Assembly (NCBI RefSeq): GCF_009914755.1 | Contig: NC_060947.1 | Direction: 5' to 3' (one strand) | DNA: 64,000 bases | DNA from: the human T2T-CHM13v2.0 reference genome, Homo sapiens | Part shown: positions 1-15,439 of the stretch, piece after piece | Layout of the letters: each line of letters opens with the position of its first letter | Numbering within the stretch: the first letter of the stretch is position 1 | Translations under genes and position numbers: made by a program | The notes under the pieces: generated by a model | Told to the model about the DNA's origin: nothing | The model's input: the letters and a program-made list of their open reading frames with translations, nothing else | The model's database searches: none

Positions 1-124
1 CTAGGCCTTCCAAAGTGCTGAGAATACAGGTGTGAGCCACCATGCTGGCCCTCTTATTCTAGTTTTACCATAACTAGTTCTAGTCTATAAATTCCCATTA
101 TTTTAGCTTTGTTTCACTGTGAGG

Positions 125-430
125 AGGCGGTCATTCTGTTCCCTTGGAAACCCTTGGCCATGTCTGGAGACATTTTTGTTGTCACATTGGTGGGGCGTGG
201 GTGGTCCTGGAACCTGGTGAATGAAGCTCAGGGACGCTGCTCAACACCCTACGGTGCCCAGGGCTGCCTGTGTCCTCCAGAAAAAAAAAATAAGCTCTTT
301 TCTTCCATTCCCTATACCCCTGAAAAACGCGCAGTCCTACACGGAACCCACAGCGAATTTTCACCAAGCACGTGGCCACCAAGTCATCCAGCTCCAAATG
401 TCAGCTGGACCAAGGTGGAAAAAGCCTGGT
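125..430 (-). mobile_element. MER20-like hAT DNA transposon remnant, interrupted
   Basis: tgtctggagacatttttgttgtcac, gggacgctgctcaacaccctac and ccaaatgtca match recalled MER20 motifs. Confidence 0.6.
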
Positions 431-1218
431 CCAGTGCATTTTACCCAGATCTTCAAAGCTCCTCTCACCCTTGTGTCTCCCCCATCCGTGTGGAGCTTTA
501 CTTCTGTATAGATCCTCAGGAATCGCCTCTGCTCTTGCTGCCTTTACAGACTCCCTCTCTAGGTTTGTGTCCTGAGCCAAGAAAGGAAGAAGAAATTCCA
601 GTGAAAAGTGTGACAAATTACATTTCTCCACGTTAAAGGATTCAACCAACTGTTGAATCCTGATGAATTTTGTCTGGGTTGTGATTATGTCTTAGACTTT
701 CTTGTCTAAACTCTACTATCATCAAGATAACTTGGTGAAAATTCACTGCAGGTTTCATTCAGGACAGCACAGTTTGCAGGTGTATAGAGAATGGAAGAAA
801 AGAGCTTATTTTTTTTTATCTGGAGAACACAGGCACTTTCAAGAGTAGCTTCAGTGCCTATAATATTTTTGTTAATGAATATTAATGGAGTATTTTAATG
901 AATGCAGAGACTGCTTTGGATTTTATTAGTTGACCTTAAACAGCACTTTGCTCATGCAGCCCAATTTACCTACATAGACCTGGGAGCACTGATGTTATTA
1001 CCATCCTTCGTCATTGAGAACAGAAAGGTTAAGAAGGTGATGTCCGGGTAGTGTTGCTGTTTCCTGAGATGAAAGGTCTCATAAAAGTAATTATTGTTTT
1101 GGTTTCACCTGCGGTGGGGAAATGCCTTGTAGAATTATACAGTTCTACCATCAAAGTGACCCAGGAAACCGAAGTGACTGAGGGCATCTCTCTTGTTATT
1201 TTAATTTTAAAAATTTTA

Positions 1219-2172
<954 letters not shown>

Positions 2173-3044
2173 CAGTCTCCCTATTTTAAAGGAAACAGCA
2201 TTCCAGATTCAGTACGAAGACTTGCAAAAGCCACATATTGAATTAATGTGAAACAGGCATCATCTCTGGTTTTTTTTTTTAAGTTAAATTTTAAACAACT
2301 ATTATAGATAAAGCTCAACTTGGCCAAAACCTGTCTTCACCACTGTGGCTCCTGACTTTACCTGGGGGTTGCAATTCCTATGAGCCTTTTCCTTCCAGAT
2401 ATCTGCCCCACTTTGATAAACATTAATGAAAAGGGAAATGTTGATGTGTGAATGCGTTAAATAAAAGGTATCATACTGTATATATTTTCAGAAAACTTAT
2501 TTAAATTGAAAAAATACTGTACTATGTATCTTGGAAATCTACTGCTATTACTAGACATAGAACTATCTTACTCTTGATCTGATGCATAGAATCTCATAGT
2601 AGGAATATACACCAATGTATTTAGCCAATCTACTTCAAAGAGGGGAGATTTCAGTTGGTTTCAATATGACTCTACTTAAAGACAATGTTGGATGAAACAT
2701 CCTTCCTCCATCCTGGCTCCCTGCACTGAGTGTGGGGCTAGAAGCACGAGTGCTTTGCTAAAATTTAGGCTCACTTTTAAGTCTTGATATTTAGTGGCAA
2801 CTGAAGGTAACTTGCTGTGAATTCTTCTTATAACATATATTTTCACACTTTAAAAGTTTTTGGTGTTTTGATAGTGAGCCATTCTATCTCATTATCCTTA
2901 ACATTTACTTTTTCTAGTTGATGGGAAAGTTAAAAATATTTTATGTGCCTATTGATAATTTGTAATTTTTGGGGTCTCTTTTCTAATTTATTTATCGAAA
3001 ATATGGCCAGGTGGAGTGGCTCATGCTTGTAATCCTAGTTCTTC

Positions 3045-3704
3045 TGTTCCTGGACCAAACCGAGGGTTTGGCTGCTATTTCTTGCGGCTCAATAATGAGA
3101 TGCAGATGAACTGAGAGAGAAGGGAGTTTTTATTTCTGTAACCAGGTACAGGGAGAAGGCCTAGAAATTATTGCCAGACCAACTCAAAGTTACAAAGTTT
3201 TCTAGAGCTTATCTACCTGCTAAGCAATGTGTCTATCAGTAAGTGTGCACTCATCTAAAGACATTAGTGATGAACTTCTTCTAATCTAGAACAAAGGTCT
3301 GAGTCCTGAAGACCTTCCTCTGGAGCCTCAGTAAGTTCATTTAATCTAAATGGGTCCAGGTGCTGGGGTGATTACCCTTATCTTGTCTCTCGCTAAATCA
3401 TGGAGGTTTGAGGAGTTCTTTCAGACCCTCTATAAACTTGTTTGTGGAGGTCTGGGGAGTTTCATCAGACCCCCAATAAAACCTGTTTAATCCTAAACGG
3501 GTCCTGTTAAGAATGCCTTCGTTGTCTTGTCATGCTTCAAGGCCCAGGAGAGGCCTGGGCAGAACTCTTGGTGGGCTTTTGTGAGATTCCAGCCTTTGTA
3601 TAAGGGCGCTGGCTCTCTCAGCTTTTAATATTGAACTTCACCACTCGGTCAGTGCTGAAACAGATGTCATGGAGGCCTGCGTTAGTGAGACCTGGCCTGC
3701 CACA
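3045..3704 (-). mobile_element. Solo ERV LTR (660 bp) inserted into an Alu (host 3005-3938)
   Basis: TG...CA termini; flanks CTTC/CTTT (degenerate 4-bp TSD); AATAAA on the minus strand near 3130; the Alu resumes exactly where it was interrupted. Confidence 0.85.
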
Positions 3705-4019
3705 CTTTGAGAGGTCGAGGTGGGAGGATCACTTAAGGCCTTAAGGAGTTTAAAACCAGCCTGCAAAACATAGCGAGACCCTATCTCTACAAATAGTAAA
3801 AAAATTGCCAGGCATGGTGCACACTTCTAGTCCCGGCTACTCAGGAGGCTGAGGCAGAAAAATTGCTTCAGCCTATAGTTCGCTGTGCTCCAGCCTAGGT
3901 GACAGAGCAAGACTCTGTCTCAAAAAAAAAAAAAAAAAGGGAAATGTTACAGAGATTTTTTCCTTCCCTGTAACTCCTTTTTGCTTTGTCGATGGTCTAT
4001 AAAACTGTTTTCAGTTATT

Positions 4020-4402
4020 TATATTAGTTTCTTGTGGCTGCTGTAACAAAATACCGCAAACTGGGTGACTTAAAATGACAGTTATTCTCTCCTGGTACTG
4101 GGGACCAGAAGTCTGAGATCCAGGTGTGGGCAGGGCTGGTTCCTCCTAAGGCCTCTCTCCTTGGCTTGGAGATGCTGTCTTCTCCCTGTGTCCTCACATG
4201 GCCGTCCCTGTGTGTGTGTGTGTCCTCATCTTCTCCCTTTATAAGGACACCAGTCAGATTGGATTAGGGCCAGCCCTGGTGATCTCATTTTACCTTAATT
4301 ATCTGTTTAAAGGCCCTGTCTTTAAATACAGTCACATCCTGGGGGACTAGGAGCTAGGATTTCAACATATAACTTTTTGGCAGACACAATTCAGCCTATA
4401 AG
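4020..4402 (-). mobile_element. MLT1-type MaLR LTR
   Basis: tattagtttc...gctgctgtaacaaaatacc...aactgggtgactt...gacacaattcagcc. Confidence 0.85.
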
Positions 4403-4461
4403 AGATTCCACTCCTTATTTAATCAGAGGAATTTAAAGATAGCTACTTTAAAGTCCTATCC

Positions 4462-4971
4462 TGGTCGGGCACAGTAGCTCACACCTGTAATCCCATCACT
4501 TTGGGAGGCCGAGGCAGGCAGATGGCTTGGGTTCAGGAGTTCTAGATCAGCCTGGCCTGCATGGTAAGACCCCATCTCTACAAAAAATACAAAAATTAGC
4601 CTAGTGTGATGGCTTGTGCCAGTGGTTCCAGCGACTCGGGAAGCTGAGGCAGGAGGATGGCTTGAGCCCAGGAGGCAGAGGTTGCAGTAAGCCAAGATCC
4701 CATCACTTCACACTCCAGCCTGGGTGACAGAGTGAGATCCTGTGACAAAAAAAGTAAAAAAGGAAAGGCAGGAAGACAGGGAGGAAGGGAGGGAGAGGAG
4801 AGAGAAAAAGAAGAAAAGAAAGAAAGGAAGGAAGGAAGGAAGGAAAGAAAGAAAGAAAAGAATCCACTGCACTCCAGCTTGGGAGACAGAGCCAGACTGT
4901 CTCAAGAAAAAAAAAAAAGCACGAAACACAACAACAACAAAAAACAGATGACTCAGGATAAGATTCTTTCC

Positions 4972-5029
<58 letters not shown>

Positions 5030-5396
5030 CTCTCTCTCTCTCCTCCTTTCCTTCCTTCCTTTCTTCCTTCCTTCCTTCCTTTCTTTCTTCCTTCCTTTCT
5101 TTTTTGTCACAGGATCTCACTCTGTCACCCAGGCTGGAGTGCAGTGGTAGGATCTTGGCTTACTGCAACCTCCATCTTGTGGGCTCAAGCAATTCTCCTG
5201 CCTCAGCCTCCTGAGTAGCTGGGATTACACGCGTGTGCCACCACATCCAGCTCTTTTTTTTTTTTTTTTTTTTGAGTAGAGATGGGGTTTCACCATGTTG
5301 GCCAGGCTGGTCTTGAACTTGTGGGCTCAAGCAGTCCTCCTGCCTTGGTCTCCCAAAGTGCTGTGATTACAGGTGTAAGCCACCGCGCCCAGCCGC
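4462..5396. repeat. Tail-to-tail Alus with purine (GGAA/GAAA) and pyrimidine (CTTT/CCTT) tracts between them
   Basis: Alu+ about 4462-4760, purine tract to 4860, duplicated Alu tail 4863-4918, (CTTT)n/(CCTT)n 4970-5105, Alu- 5105-5396. Confidence 0.9.
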
Positions 5397-5924
5397 TGAG
5401 TCATCTGCTAATTCACTGGACTTCTGCACAAATAATTTCCCTCATTCATTGCTGTTGGCTGACCCCAACTGTGTGGTGACTCCATAATAGGCCATCATTA
5501 ACCATCATCAAATTCCCTGTGTCCTGGCTGGTGACATCTCACTCCAGTCTTATAGGTGTTTCTCTGGCACCCTCAGATGCTTCCAGCATTGACATTGCTA
5601 GCTACTGTGGGTTCCCATCTGTCTTCCTTCTCTTCTAGAGCATGACTTTAAAAAAACAAAAGAAAACATAAACAAAAACAAAAAACCATATCTTTCTTGT
5701 TTTTAAAGCATGACTGCGCTCTTGCAATCTTTGTCTAATTCTGTGACTTTGGCCCAGCCGTGTTCAAAGTCCACCATTCTGAAATGGAACCCAGAATTTG
5801 GTTTTGTGATGTTTGATCTTTCTTCTTCTCCCTTTTCCCACTGTAGTGTTTCCTTCTGTTTTTTTTTTTTTCCACTTAAGAGTCTCAATCAAGTTGATGA
5901 TGTGTAGACAGTCCTCAGTGACCA

Positions 5925-6882
5925 TTTATTTTATTTTTTAGTATAAAGTAAAGGGCTACAAGTGCGGCTATGTTGCATGGATAGATTGCACAGTGGGGAA
6001 GACCAGGTTTTCAGTGAATACATCACGAATAGTGTACATTGTACTCACTGAGTAATTTCTCATTCCTCATCACCTTCCCACCCTTCTGAGTCTCCAGTGT
6101 CTATTATTCCACTCTCTATGTCCATGAGGACACTGTGTTTAGCTCCCACTTATAAGTGAACATGCAGCATTTGACTTTCTGTGTCTGAGTTATTTCACTT
6201 AAGATAATGCCCTCCAGCTCCATCCATGTTGCTGCTAAAGACTTGATTTTATTCATTTTTTCTGGCTGAGTGCATGTGTGAGTGTATTATATAAACTGGA
6301 TATACACAGATATATATATATCTCACATTTATTTAAAAACACACAGAATGGCCAGATATAGATATATGTATCTCAGATTTCTTACATATATAAATATGTG
6401 TGCGTGTGTGTGTATAATCTCTCATTTTCTTTTAACTTTTAATTTTTATTTTAAGTTCTGGGGTACATGTGCAGCATGTGCAGGTTTGTCACATAGGTAA
6501 ACGTGTGCCATGGTGGTTTGCTGCACTTGTCAACCCACCACCTAGGTATTAAGCCCAGCATACATTAGCTATTTATCCTAATGCTCTCCCTCCCCCTACT
6601 CTTACCCCCCAACAGGCCCCAGTGTGTGGTGCTCCCCTCCCTGTGTCCATGTGTTCTCATTGTTCAGCTCCCACTTATAAGTGAGAACATGGGGTGTTTG
6701 GTTTTCTGTTCTTGTGTTAGTTTGCTGAAGATAATGGCTTCCAGCTCTATCCATGTCCCTGCAAAGGACATGATCTCTTTCCTTTTTACGGCTGCATAGT
6801 ATTCCATGGTGTATAAGTACACACTTTTTAATCCAGTCTATCATTGATGAACATTTGGGTTGATTCCACATCTTTGCTATTT
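5925..6882 (-). mobile_element. Two LINE-1 3' UTR fragments (older L1M-like 5925-6270; L1PA-like 6430-6882)
   Basis: ctcccacttataagtgagaacatg and ggtacatgtgcag...gtgccatggtggtttgctgcac are L1 3' end motifs. Confidence 0.88.
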
Positions 6883-7434
6883 TAATCTCACATTACAGTC
6901 ATGGCTACGGGCAGCAGAGTGAGACCCTGTCTCTAAATGAATAAATAAATAAATAAAAATAACCTTGATTCCTTGCTAGTTGGAGAGAACATTGCACTGG
7001 TGGCTAGGACCATTCATGGTGATCCTTACTAATCTTGTCCTGGAGAGATGCTTATTAAAGGAGGGTGGAAATGGCTAAATATGGTGAATAAAAAGACGAT
7101 ATTCTCAATTCATCCATGTTTCTGTCTCTGTCTCACCTAACTATTGGGAAACTCTGGATTTTCTCGGTGTGAACTTTATGGGAATACTAAATAGTATATT
7201 AGGCAGTGGAGTTACAGACATGAGAACCAGAATGTGATATTTTTTAAATGTCACATTGTGGGCAAGTCTAATATAGAGGTATTAATTGGAAGTTGTGGGG
7301 TAGAGAAAATGGACCACTAAACGGTTAGAACGTGGGCTTCACCAAATGCCCCAAGGTAGTTAGTCTTTAAGGATATTACATTTGAGAGCCATATTGGAGG
7401 GTTGAAGTTGAGAAGATGGCCTGGGGAATTGGCT

Positions 7435-7440
<6 letters not shown>

Positions 7441-7483
<43 letters not shown>
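7441..7483. repeat. (CA)n microsatellite, about 21 units
   Basis: Direct reading. Confidence 0.97.
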
Positions 7484-7487
<4 letters not shown>

Positions 7488-8231
7488 TCCTGAGAATCAG
7501 TCCTTATTTTGAATCCCAGCTCTTCAATTTACCAGCCTTGTGAAAGTCTTTTAAGCGATATGAAACCCAATTGCTTCTCCTAGAAAACGGAAGAGTCATC
7601 ATTAACCCTTTGAGGCAAGCGGGGTGAGATATTTTGAGGATCAAATAGTAACAAGTGTGTGGAAATGCCTGGGGAATTATAAAGCTCTGCTAACATTATG
7701 GCGGTGCTATTAATCTTTATTATATATTATTTGTCTTGTGGGGCAGTTCCTCAGCCTATAAAGCCTCACCAACTTGGAATCACTTGAGGATTCTAGGCAG
7801 GGAAACACCAGATTGTACCACTGGTTGCATTCTTGTAAAAATATCTTAATTACAGCTGCTAAACATGTCTTCCTCCACCAAACAAGTCTGGCCTCCATGA
7901 CTATCACAGGTCTATGGTGTTTCTTGTTGTGCTTTTTAAGGTAGATACCACAGTTGATCCAGTATGTGTAAAAACAAAGTGCTTTCCAGAACAGTACCAC
8001 ACATAAATTAGATCTGATACAAAGCAGTTATTGAATATATGCACATTCATTGATTACTGATTTACTTTACTGACACCAGAATAGTAGGTTTTTGTTGCTA
8101 TACCAACGTAATTTCTTGTAACTCTGCCATTAGAATTAACCTGAGCTGCATAGACCATGCATAGAATTTTGCCTTATTCTTTGTGAGCAAATATCACTTA
8201 TTTGCAAATACGTTTAAAGAATGTGCTGGGC

Positions 8232-8530
8232 TGGCCAGGCACAGTGGCTCACACCTGTAATCATAGCACTTTGGGAGGCCGAGGCGTGTGGATCACTTGA
8301 GGACAGGGGTTCAAGACCAGCTTGGCCAACATGGTGAAACCCTGTCTCTACTAAAAATACAAAAAATTAGCCGGGCATGGTGGTGCACACCTGTGGTCCC
8401 AGCTATTTGGATGGCTGAAGCATGAGAATTGCTAGAATCTGGGAGGCAGAGGTTGCGGTGAGTCGAGTCGCTGCACTACACCCTGGGCGATAGAACAAGA
8501 CTCTGTCTCAAAAAAAAAAAAAAAAAAAAA
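8232..8530 (+). mobile_element. Alu (S-like)
   Basis: Full dimer with poly(A); TSD-like aaagaatgtgctggg/aaagaatgtactggg. Confidence 0.92.
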
Positions 8531-8672
8531 GAATGTACTGGGTTTACTGGGTCACCACAAAACAATCTAGTTAAGCCTTTGGACCATTATCTGCCTAGCT
8601 ATGAGGAAAACATTTGCTTTGCAGATGCTCTTATTTTATTCTTCTCTTCCTTAGATAATCTAAGAAGAAGCC

Positions 8673-8695
8673 ATGAAGCAATTGCTGTATGACTG
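8673..8695 (+). CDS. ARSH: Candidate upstream coding exon of ARSH (exon 8655-8695, encodes MKQLLYD+TG, phase 2)
   Basis: Polypyrimidine acceptor ttattttattcttctcttccttag ends at 8654; gaagccATG at 8673; donor TG|GTGAGC at 8695/8696; phase matches the acceptor at 15033/15034. Inferred from sequence only, no transcript evidence available. Confidence 0.6.
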
Positions 8696-8816
8696 GTGAG
8701 CTGGCAAATTCACGAACATTCATCACTCTCCATTTCTAGAGAGAAGGATTCTTTGTCAAGGTTTTCTCTATCCTGGAGGACTTGGGTTAAATATGTGCTT
8801 AAAATGTCCTTTATGA

Positions 8817-9047
<231 letters not shown>

Positions 9048-9489
9048 TAACTAAATTCACACTGGTTTATGATGTTCATATCATCTTTGTGGATTTGTAT
9101 TTTTATTATTCTATAATAGTCTTGCCATTCTATATTAATGATTTTTCAATTGTAATTTTCTTCTGGCTGATGTTATTATTGTTACAAGTTTCTTTTGATT
9201 ACTACTTGGCTGGCCTACTTAGATGTTTACATCTTTTTAGTTTCAAGTTTTGTTTGTCATTAGGTTTTAGGTGTGTCCTTTAAGAAAGACATAGGACAGA
9301 TTTTTAAAAATTAGTATGGGATTCTTTAATAGGCAGGTAAACCCACCCACATTTGTTATAAATATTAAGATAGTTGATCTTATTTCTGTCATCTTACATG
9401 CTATCTTATATTTTCAAGATTCTCCTGTGGTTTTCTTTTTTCCCCTCTTGCTTTTTACGGGCTGCATTAAGGGTTCTCTGTTTCCTGGC

Positions 9490-10124
9490 TGATATGGTTT
9501 GGCTGTGACCCCACCCAAATCTCAGGTTGAATTGTAATAATCCCCACGTGTCAAGGGAGGAGCCCAGTGGAGATAATTGAATCATGGCAGTGGTTTCCCC
9601 CACACTGTTCTCATGATAGTGAATGAGTCTCATGAGATCTGATGGTTTTATAAATCGGAGTTCCCCTGCACAAGCTCTCTTGTCTGCCTCCATGTAAGAT
9701 GTGCCTTTGCTTCTCCTTTGCTTTCCACCATGATTGTGAGGCCTCCTCAGCCATGTGGAACTGAGTCTATTAAACCTCTTTCCCTCACGCCTGTAATCCC
9801 AGCACTTTGGGAGGCCGAGGTGGGCAGATCACGAGGTCAGGAGATTGAGACCATCCTGGCTAACACGGTGAAACCCCATCTCTACCAAAAATACAAAAAA
9901 TTAGCCGGGCGTAGTGGTGGGCGCCTGTGGTCTCAGCTACTCGGGAAGCTGAGGCACAGGAGAATGGTGTGAACCTGGGAGGTGGAGCTTGCAGTGAGCT
10001 GAGATCGTGCCACTGCAGTCCAGCCTGGGCAACAGAGAGAGACTCTGTCTCAAAAAAAAAAAAAAAAAAAAATTACCCAGTCTCAGGTATGTCTTTATTA
10101 GCAGTGTGAGAGCAGACTAATACA
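9490..10124 (+). mobile_element. THE1/MST-type MaLR LTR interrupted by an AluY-like insert (about 9783-10071)
   Basis: Starts TGATATGGTTTGGCTGTG, ends GACTAATACA; the Alu carries gagattgagaccatcctggctaacacgg. Confidence 0.9.
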
Positions 10125-10393
10125 CTGGCCCATCCTTCTCCCCTCAAGTGGCCTGGTAACTGTACCTCATGTTTCCCTTAATCATATTAACATCATTATT
10201 AACTTACCAAAATATGATGGTTAATCTCTATTTCCAGCTTCCTTTTGAAGAAAGGAAAGACTGGAGAATGTTTGAACACCACAGTCCTACCCACCCCGCC
10301 CCACCTTCCTCCATGTAATTACCGCTTAGTGAATTATTTACTCCTTTCCAAAATAATAATAATTAATAATAGTTTCTGTCAATGCGTATTTAA

Positions 10394-10771
<378 letters not shown>

Positions 10772-11229
10772 TAAGTTTGCCTTTTGCTGAAAATATTCCT
10801 TAGTAGATTTTCATCAAGAGTTTTTGGGTTCATGTACAATCCAAATGCCTGTAATCCCTATTCATTCTTCAATGATGTATTAGAAGGGTTTGGAACTCTG
10901 AGTTCAGAGTGACTTTTGTCTCAGCACTCTGGAAGCAATGGTCCCTGGTCATCAGGCATCCACTGTGGCTGTTGGGAAGTCTCTTGACATTCCAGTTATC
11001 CTCCCATTTTAGGTTATCTGTGGTTGTGTTTAAACCAAGTGCCTCTGTCTCCATCATTGCCCTTTACTGAGCTAGGTCTAACTGGAGGTTTTTAATTTTT
11101 TTAACTGGGTTCAGTCTGAAAACTTATGTCTGTCTTCAATCCTGAAAAATTCTTAGCCAAGATATCTTTCAATGTATCATCTCCCTATCCTCATCCTTAA
11201 ACCCTCTTAATAGTAGGCTGGGACTTTTT

Positions 11230-11480
11230 GTCCAAAACCATAGAATGTACAACAGCAAGAGTGACCCTTAAATTAAACTATGGACTTTGGGAGATAATGA
11301 TTTCTCAATGTAGGTTCATTGATTGTATCAGATAATGTACCATCTTGTTGCCGGGTGTTGATAATGGAGGAAGCTATTACATATGTAGGGGCAGGGGATA
11401 TGTGGGAACTTTCTGTACCTATGCTCAATTTTTCTGTGAACCTAAAACTGCTCTAAAAAATAAGTCTATTTAAAAAAAAA
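11230..11480 (+). mobile_element. Old L1M 3' end
   Basis: taaactatggactttgg...ctgtgaacctaaaactgctctaaaaaataa. Confidence 0.75.
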
Positions 11481-11908
11481 CATGAGCTTGAGATTTAATA
11501 AAATAACTACTATTAATATTTAAAAAAGAAATAGGTCAGACACTGTGCCTCACACCTGTAATCCCAGCACTTTGGGAGGCTGAGGTGGGAGGATTGCTTG
11601 AGCTCAGGAGTTCAAGACCAACCTGGCCAACCTAGTGAGACCCCCATCTCAATTTAAAAAGTTTTTAAAATAAAAATATAAACATGAAATAGAAGGGAAG
11701 ATGGATAGATACAAAAGGATTTATGATATAATATTTGAGGTTGAATTAGGAGGACTTGGAATTGATTGAATGGAATTTGGAGTTGGGGAACCTGACTGAG
11801 GGGATATTGGTCTTCAATTCATAGTGATCATTTTTGATCAATGGCTGTTGTGAATATTTCAGGATATTGTACAATTCAGCTGTTACAAGAGGGTTCTTTT
11901 ACAATCTA

Positions 11909-12232
<324 letters not shown>

Positions 12233-12738
12233 ACTTAGTAGATCTATTCCAACATTGACCCATTGAAAAATAAAATAAAATTTAGTAAAATCTGCCTTTC
12301 ATTGAACTAATTGACAAAAAAAATTTAGCAGAATCTCAAAAATGTTAAATTTTCTTTCATAGATTTTAAATGATTTCTAGATTGTTTTTGAAGTGGAATT
12401 TTTTCCACCTGATTTCTTCTATGGACATATGTTCTTGATGAACCAAAGGAGAAAACAGTTTCTATACACACATGTGTTCCATCCCCAAATATCAGTGTTT
12501 CAGCATCTAGTTCTGGGCTTAGATCTAATAAGTTACTGGAGCTTCTGTTATAATTGCCCCCACCCCGCTCCATGTGGCTTAGAGAAAACCTTTGAGGTTA
12601 TAAAATGTATTAAAAAGTACAACTGAACACTTGAAAAATCAAAACTGACTCGCTCTTAGTCTCTGATTTTCCATTTTGCTTACTTTTTTTTTTTTTTTTT
12701 TTTTTTGAGAGAGAGAATAGTTTAATAAAGCTCTATCA

Positions 12739-13039
<301 letters not shown>

Positions 13040-13185
13040 TAAAGCTCTATCACTCAGCTTCAAAAAAAAAAAAAAAAAAAAAAGAATACGTGAATACTGA
13101 CAGAGTTAAACCTTGGAAAGTTTCTTTTCTAAAAAGGAAACTTTAAAAGTTTTTATTTTTAATTGACAAATAATAATTGTTTATA

Positions 13186-14184
<999 letters not shown>

Positions 14185-14309
14185 TAACCCCTGTTATAAA
14201 TTTTAAGCCTCTGATGTCACTAAAACAATATCAAAAGATGTTATAAGAGTTAAACCTCATCATGCTTGCAAAATGAATTGGTAAAATATGATGCCATATT
14301 CGTATAGAA

Positions 14310-14839
14310 CAATGGTCTCCAACATTTTTGGCACCAGGGTCTGGTTTTGTGGAAGACGGTTTTTCCACAGACAGGAAGGGGGTGCAGGATGGTTTCAGGA
14401 TGATTCAAGCACATTACATTTATTGTGCACTTTATTTTTATTATTATTACACGATAATATATAATGAAATAATTATACAACTCATCGTAGTGTATGATCA
14501 GTGGGTGCCCTAAGCTTGTTTTCCTGTGACTAGATGATCCCATCTGGGGGTGATGGAAGACAGAGACAGATCATCAGGCATTAGATTCTCATAAAGAGCA
14601 CACAACCTAGATCCTTTGCATGCACAGTTCACAATAGAGTTCTCGCTCCTATGAGAATCTAATGCTGCTACCGATCTGACAGGAGGTGGAGCTCAGGCAG
14701 TGATGCAAGCAATGGGGAGCGGCTGTCAATACAGATGAAGCTTCACTCATTTGCCCACCACTCACCTCCTGCTGTGTGGCCTGGTTGCTAACAGGCTACG
14801 GACCAGTACTGGTCCATGGCCAGGGGATTGGGGACCCCG
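14310..14839. mobile_element. MER1A-like hAT-Charlie DNA transposon, full length
   Basis: Perfect 8-bp TSD GTATAGAA (14302-14309, 14840-14847); degenerate inverted termini caatggtctccaac / attggggaccccg; 530 bp. Confidence 0.88.
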
Positions 14840-15033
14840 GTATAGAACATTAGTTTTTGTTGTTGTTGTTTAATCTAGTTTCTGAGTAAGACAACACAGG
14901 TACGTTGTACAGTGAGAACTGATAACGAATATCACTGTTTCATATGTTAAGTTATCTAAAATGCAAATGTTAATTGATAGTGCCTGGTTTTTTGCTTGCT
15001 TGTTTGTTTGCTTATTTCTAAAAATGCTTTCAG

Positions 15034-15091
15034 GAGCTGCTGGCTGTCAGTGTCCCTGTGCTGTTTGTTTTGCGGTGTTGATGGCACATTT
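15034..15091 (+). CDS. ARSH: In-frame N-terminal extension of ARSH exon 1 ([19 protein letters not shown]), signal-peptide-like
   Basis: Acceptor tttcag| at 15033 after a T-rich tract; stop-free and in frame with MTRNARP; hydrophobic core ending in V-D-G. Confidence 0.6.
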
Positions 15092-15183
15092 ATGACAAGA
15101 AACGCCAGACCCAACATTGTCCTGCTGATGGCAGATGACCTTGGAGTGGGGGATTTGTGCTGCTACGGTAATAACTCAGTGAG
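15092..15183 (+). CDS. ARSH: Arylsulfatase H, first coding exon of the 562-aa form ([30 protein letters not shown])
   Basis: Sulfatase N-terminal motif [12 protein letters not shown] with the metal-binding DD; donor AG|GTAAAG; 92 nt. Confidence 0.95.
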
Positions 15184-15439
15184 GTAAAGATGGACTCTGA
15201 CCCCCTCCCTGTATGTGGGAGTCTCCCTTACCACAGTGTTCACGTCTTTGCCGTTGCAGAGAAGGGTTTCTGGAGAGAAGTCATTGTCTGATGTTATCGG
15301 CAGGAATAGCAGAGGTCACTGGGGAAAATTGCAAAATGTCAGGAGACCACTTAACCTCCCAGTTTCCTTAGTTTCTAGCTGTTGGTGGTGGCGTTTTCAT
15401 TGTTGGGCAAAATTTACATTTAAAAATTGGCCTTTTTTG

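Noticed and set aside
109-636. 175-aa ORF
   Set aside because: Starts at TTG, overlaps a MER20-like remnant, and has no recognisable domain or exon structure.
4703-5214. Lys/Glu/Arg-rich and Phe/Leu/Ser-rich ORFs
   Set aside because: Translations of (GAAA)n/(CTTT)n tracts and Alu sequence.
14996-15033. TTG-initiated extension [12 protein letters not shown] as an alternative leader
   Set aside because: The sequence is the polypyrimidine tract of an acceptor; the spliced upstream ATG is a more parsimonious explanation.
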